Part shown: piece after piece, positions 63,261 to 64,000 of the stretch
Numbering within the stretch: the stretch's first letter is position 1
Layout: every line of letters begins with the position of its first letter
The notes under the pieces: generated by a model
The model's database searches: none
What the model was told of the DNA's origin: nothing
What the model saw: only the letters and a program-made list of their open reading frames with translations
DNA from: Geosiphon pyriformis uo1
Taxonomy: Eukaryota; Fungi; Glomeromycota
Reading direction: 5' to 3'
DNA: 64,000 nt
NCBI GenBank assembly: GCA_016748015.1
Contig: JAAOMT010000586.1
Span: 248,001 to 312,000, forward strand
Made by a program: the position numbers and the translations under genes

Positions 63261-63894
63261 ATAATATTTTATATAACTATAATTAAAATAATATTATATA
63301 ATTTTGAAGTTATAATTAAGCATTACATTATTTACAATTTATTAAAATTTTATATTTATATTTATATATTTTAATTTATAAATATTGTTTTAATCAATAA
63401 TTATTTTATTGATTATATAAACAAAAACCAAATACTTTATTATTATTAATAAATAAATCTTTTTATGAAAATGAAAAATATATTATCAGTTATTAAAACA
63501 AATTTGTATAAATATAAAATTATAAACAATGACTTGATATATTTGATCATAATTAATAATGTATTCACATTGCTATTTAATACAAAATGGTACTTTGATT
63601 CATTAAAACTTGTAAATGTTAAGCAAAATATAACAATTTAATGTACGACTTTATAATGCAAAATGACAACCTGATTATGAAGCATCTTAAATAAAATTTT
63701 TGGGCTCTCAGCTTTGCTGAAATTAACTATGACAGCTAGAACTTCCATACTTGGACAATTGTTTTTTCTTGAAATAGACCAATTATAATCCCAAAGTGTT
63801 TTAACTTTCTATTCAGCGAAATATATATAACGATCACAAAGATAAGGATTGAGAACTCAAATTGAAGTAAGTAAGATAAATAAATAAAAAATAT

Positions 63895-63938
63895 TTATTC
63901 GTCCCATTCTTCATCGTCTTCATCTTCATCGTCCTCGT
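63895..63938 (-). CDS. Terminal exon encoding DEDDEDEDDEEWDE*, an Arp2/3-activator acidic tail (WASP/Las17-like); the rest of the gene lies beyond the window
   Basis: Acceptor tttcccacag precedes an acidic run with a near-terminal Trp and a stop. Confidence 0.55.
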
Positions 63939-64000
63939 CTGTGGGAAAGATTAAACATAATCATTAATCATACAATATGTGCAAAATACCTATTGTCAGA

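Overview
Eukaryotic, very AT-rich, transposon-dominated DNA. The small multi-intron genes, Sel1/kinase remnant and TE families suggest a Glomeromycotina (arbuscular mycorrhizal/Geosiphon-like) fungus; this is an inference. Contents: (i) a decayed Ty3/Gypsy LTR retrotransposon on the minus strand (1-10152) with unusual architecture: gag-PR, a Cys-rich insert, dUTPase, RT-RH, then an apparently separate integrase ORF followed in frame by a hidden ~228-codon region. It is inserted into a LINE. (ii) Four decayed copies of an APE-RT-RNaseH LINE family sharing a 3' hairpin. (iii) A 4.2-kb pogo-type DNA transposon with ~2 kb of cargo, nested in LINE copy 2. (iv) An ORF1-only retroelement carrying the LINE 3' tail. 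(v) Three ghost solo LTRs hidden in extremely AT-rich deserts. (vi) Islands of host genes: a TPR protein, MO25/HYM1, RTF1, a Sel1/kinase pseudogene and a WASP-like last exon. All TEs show heavy C>T/G>A decay, and the deserts preferentially retain ACCAA/TTGGT, while host genes keep CpG. This points to a repeat-targeted, RIP-like hypermutation process.
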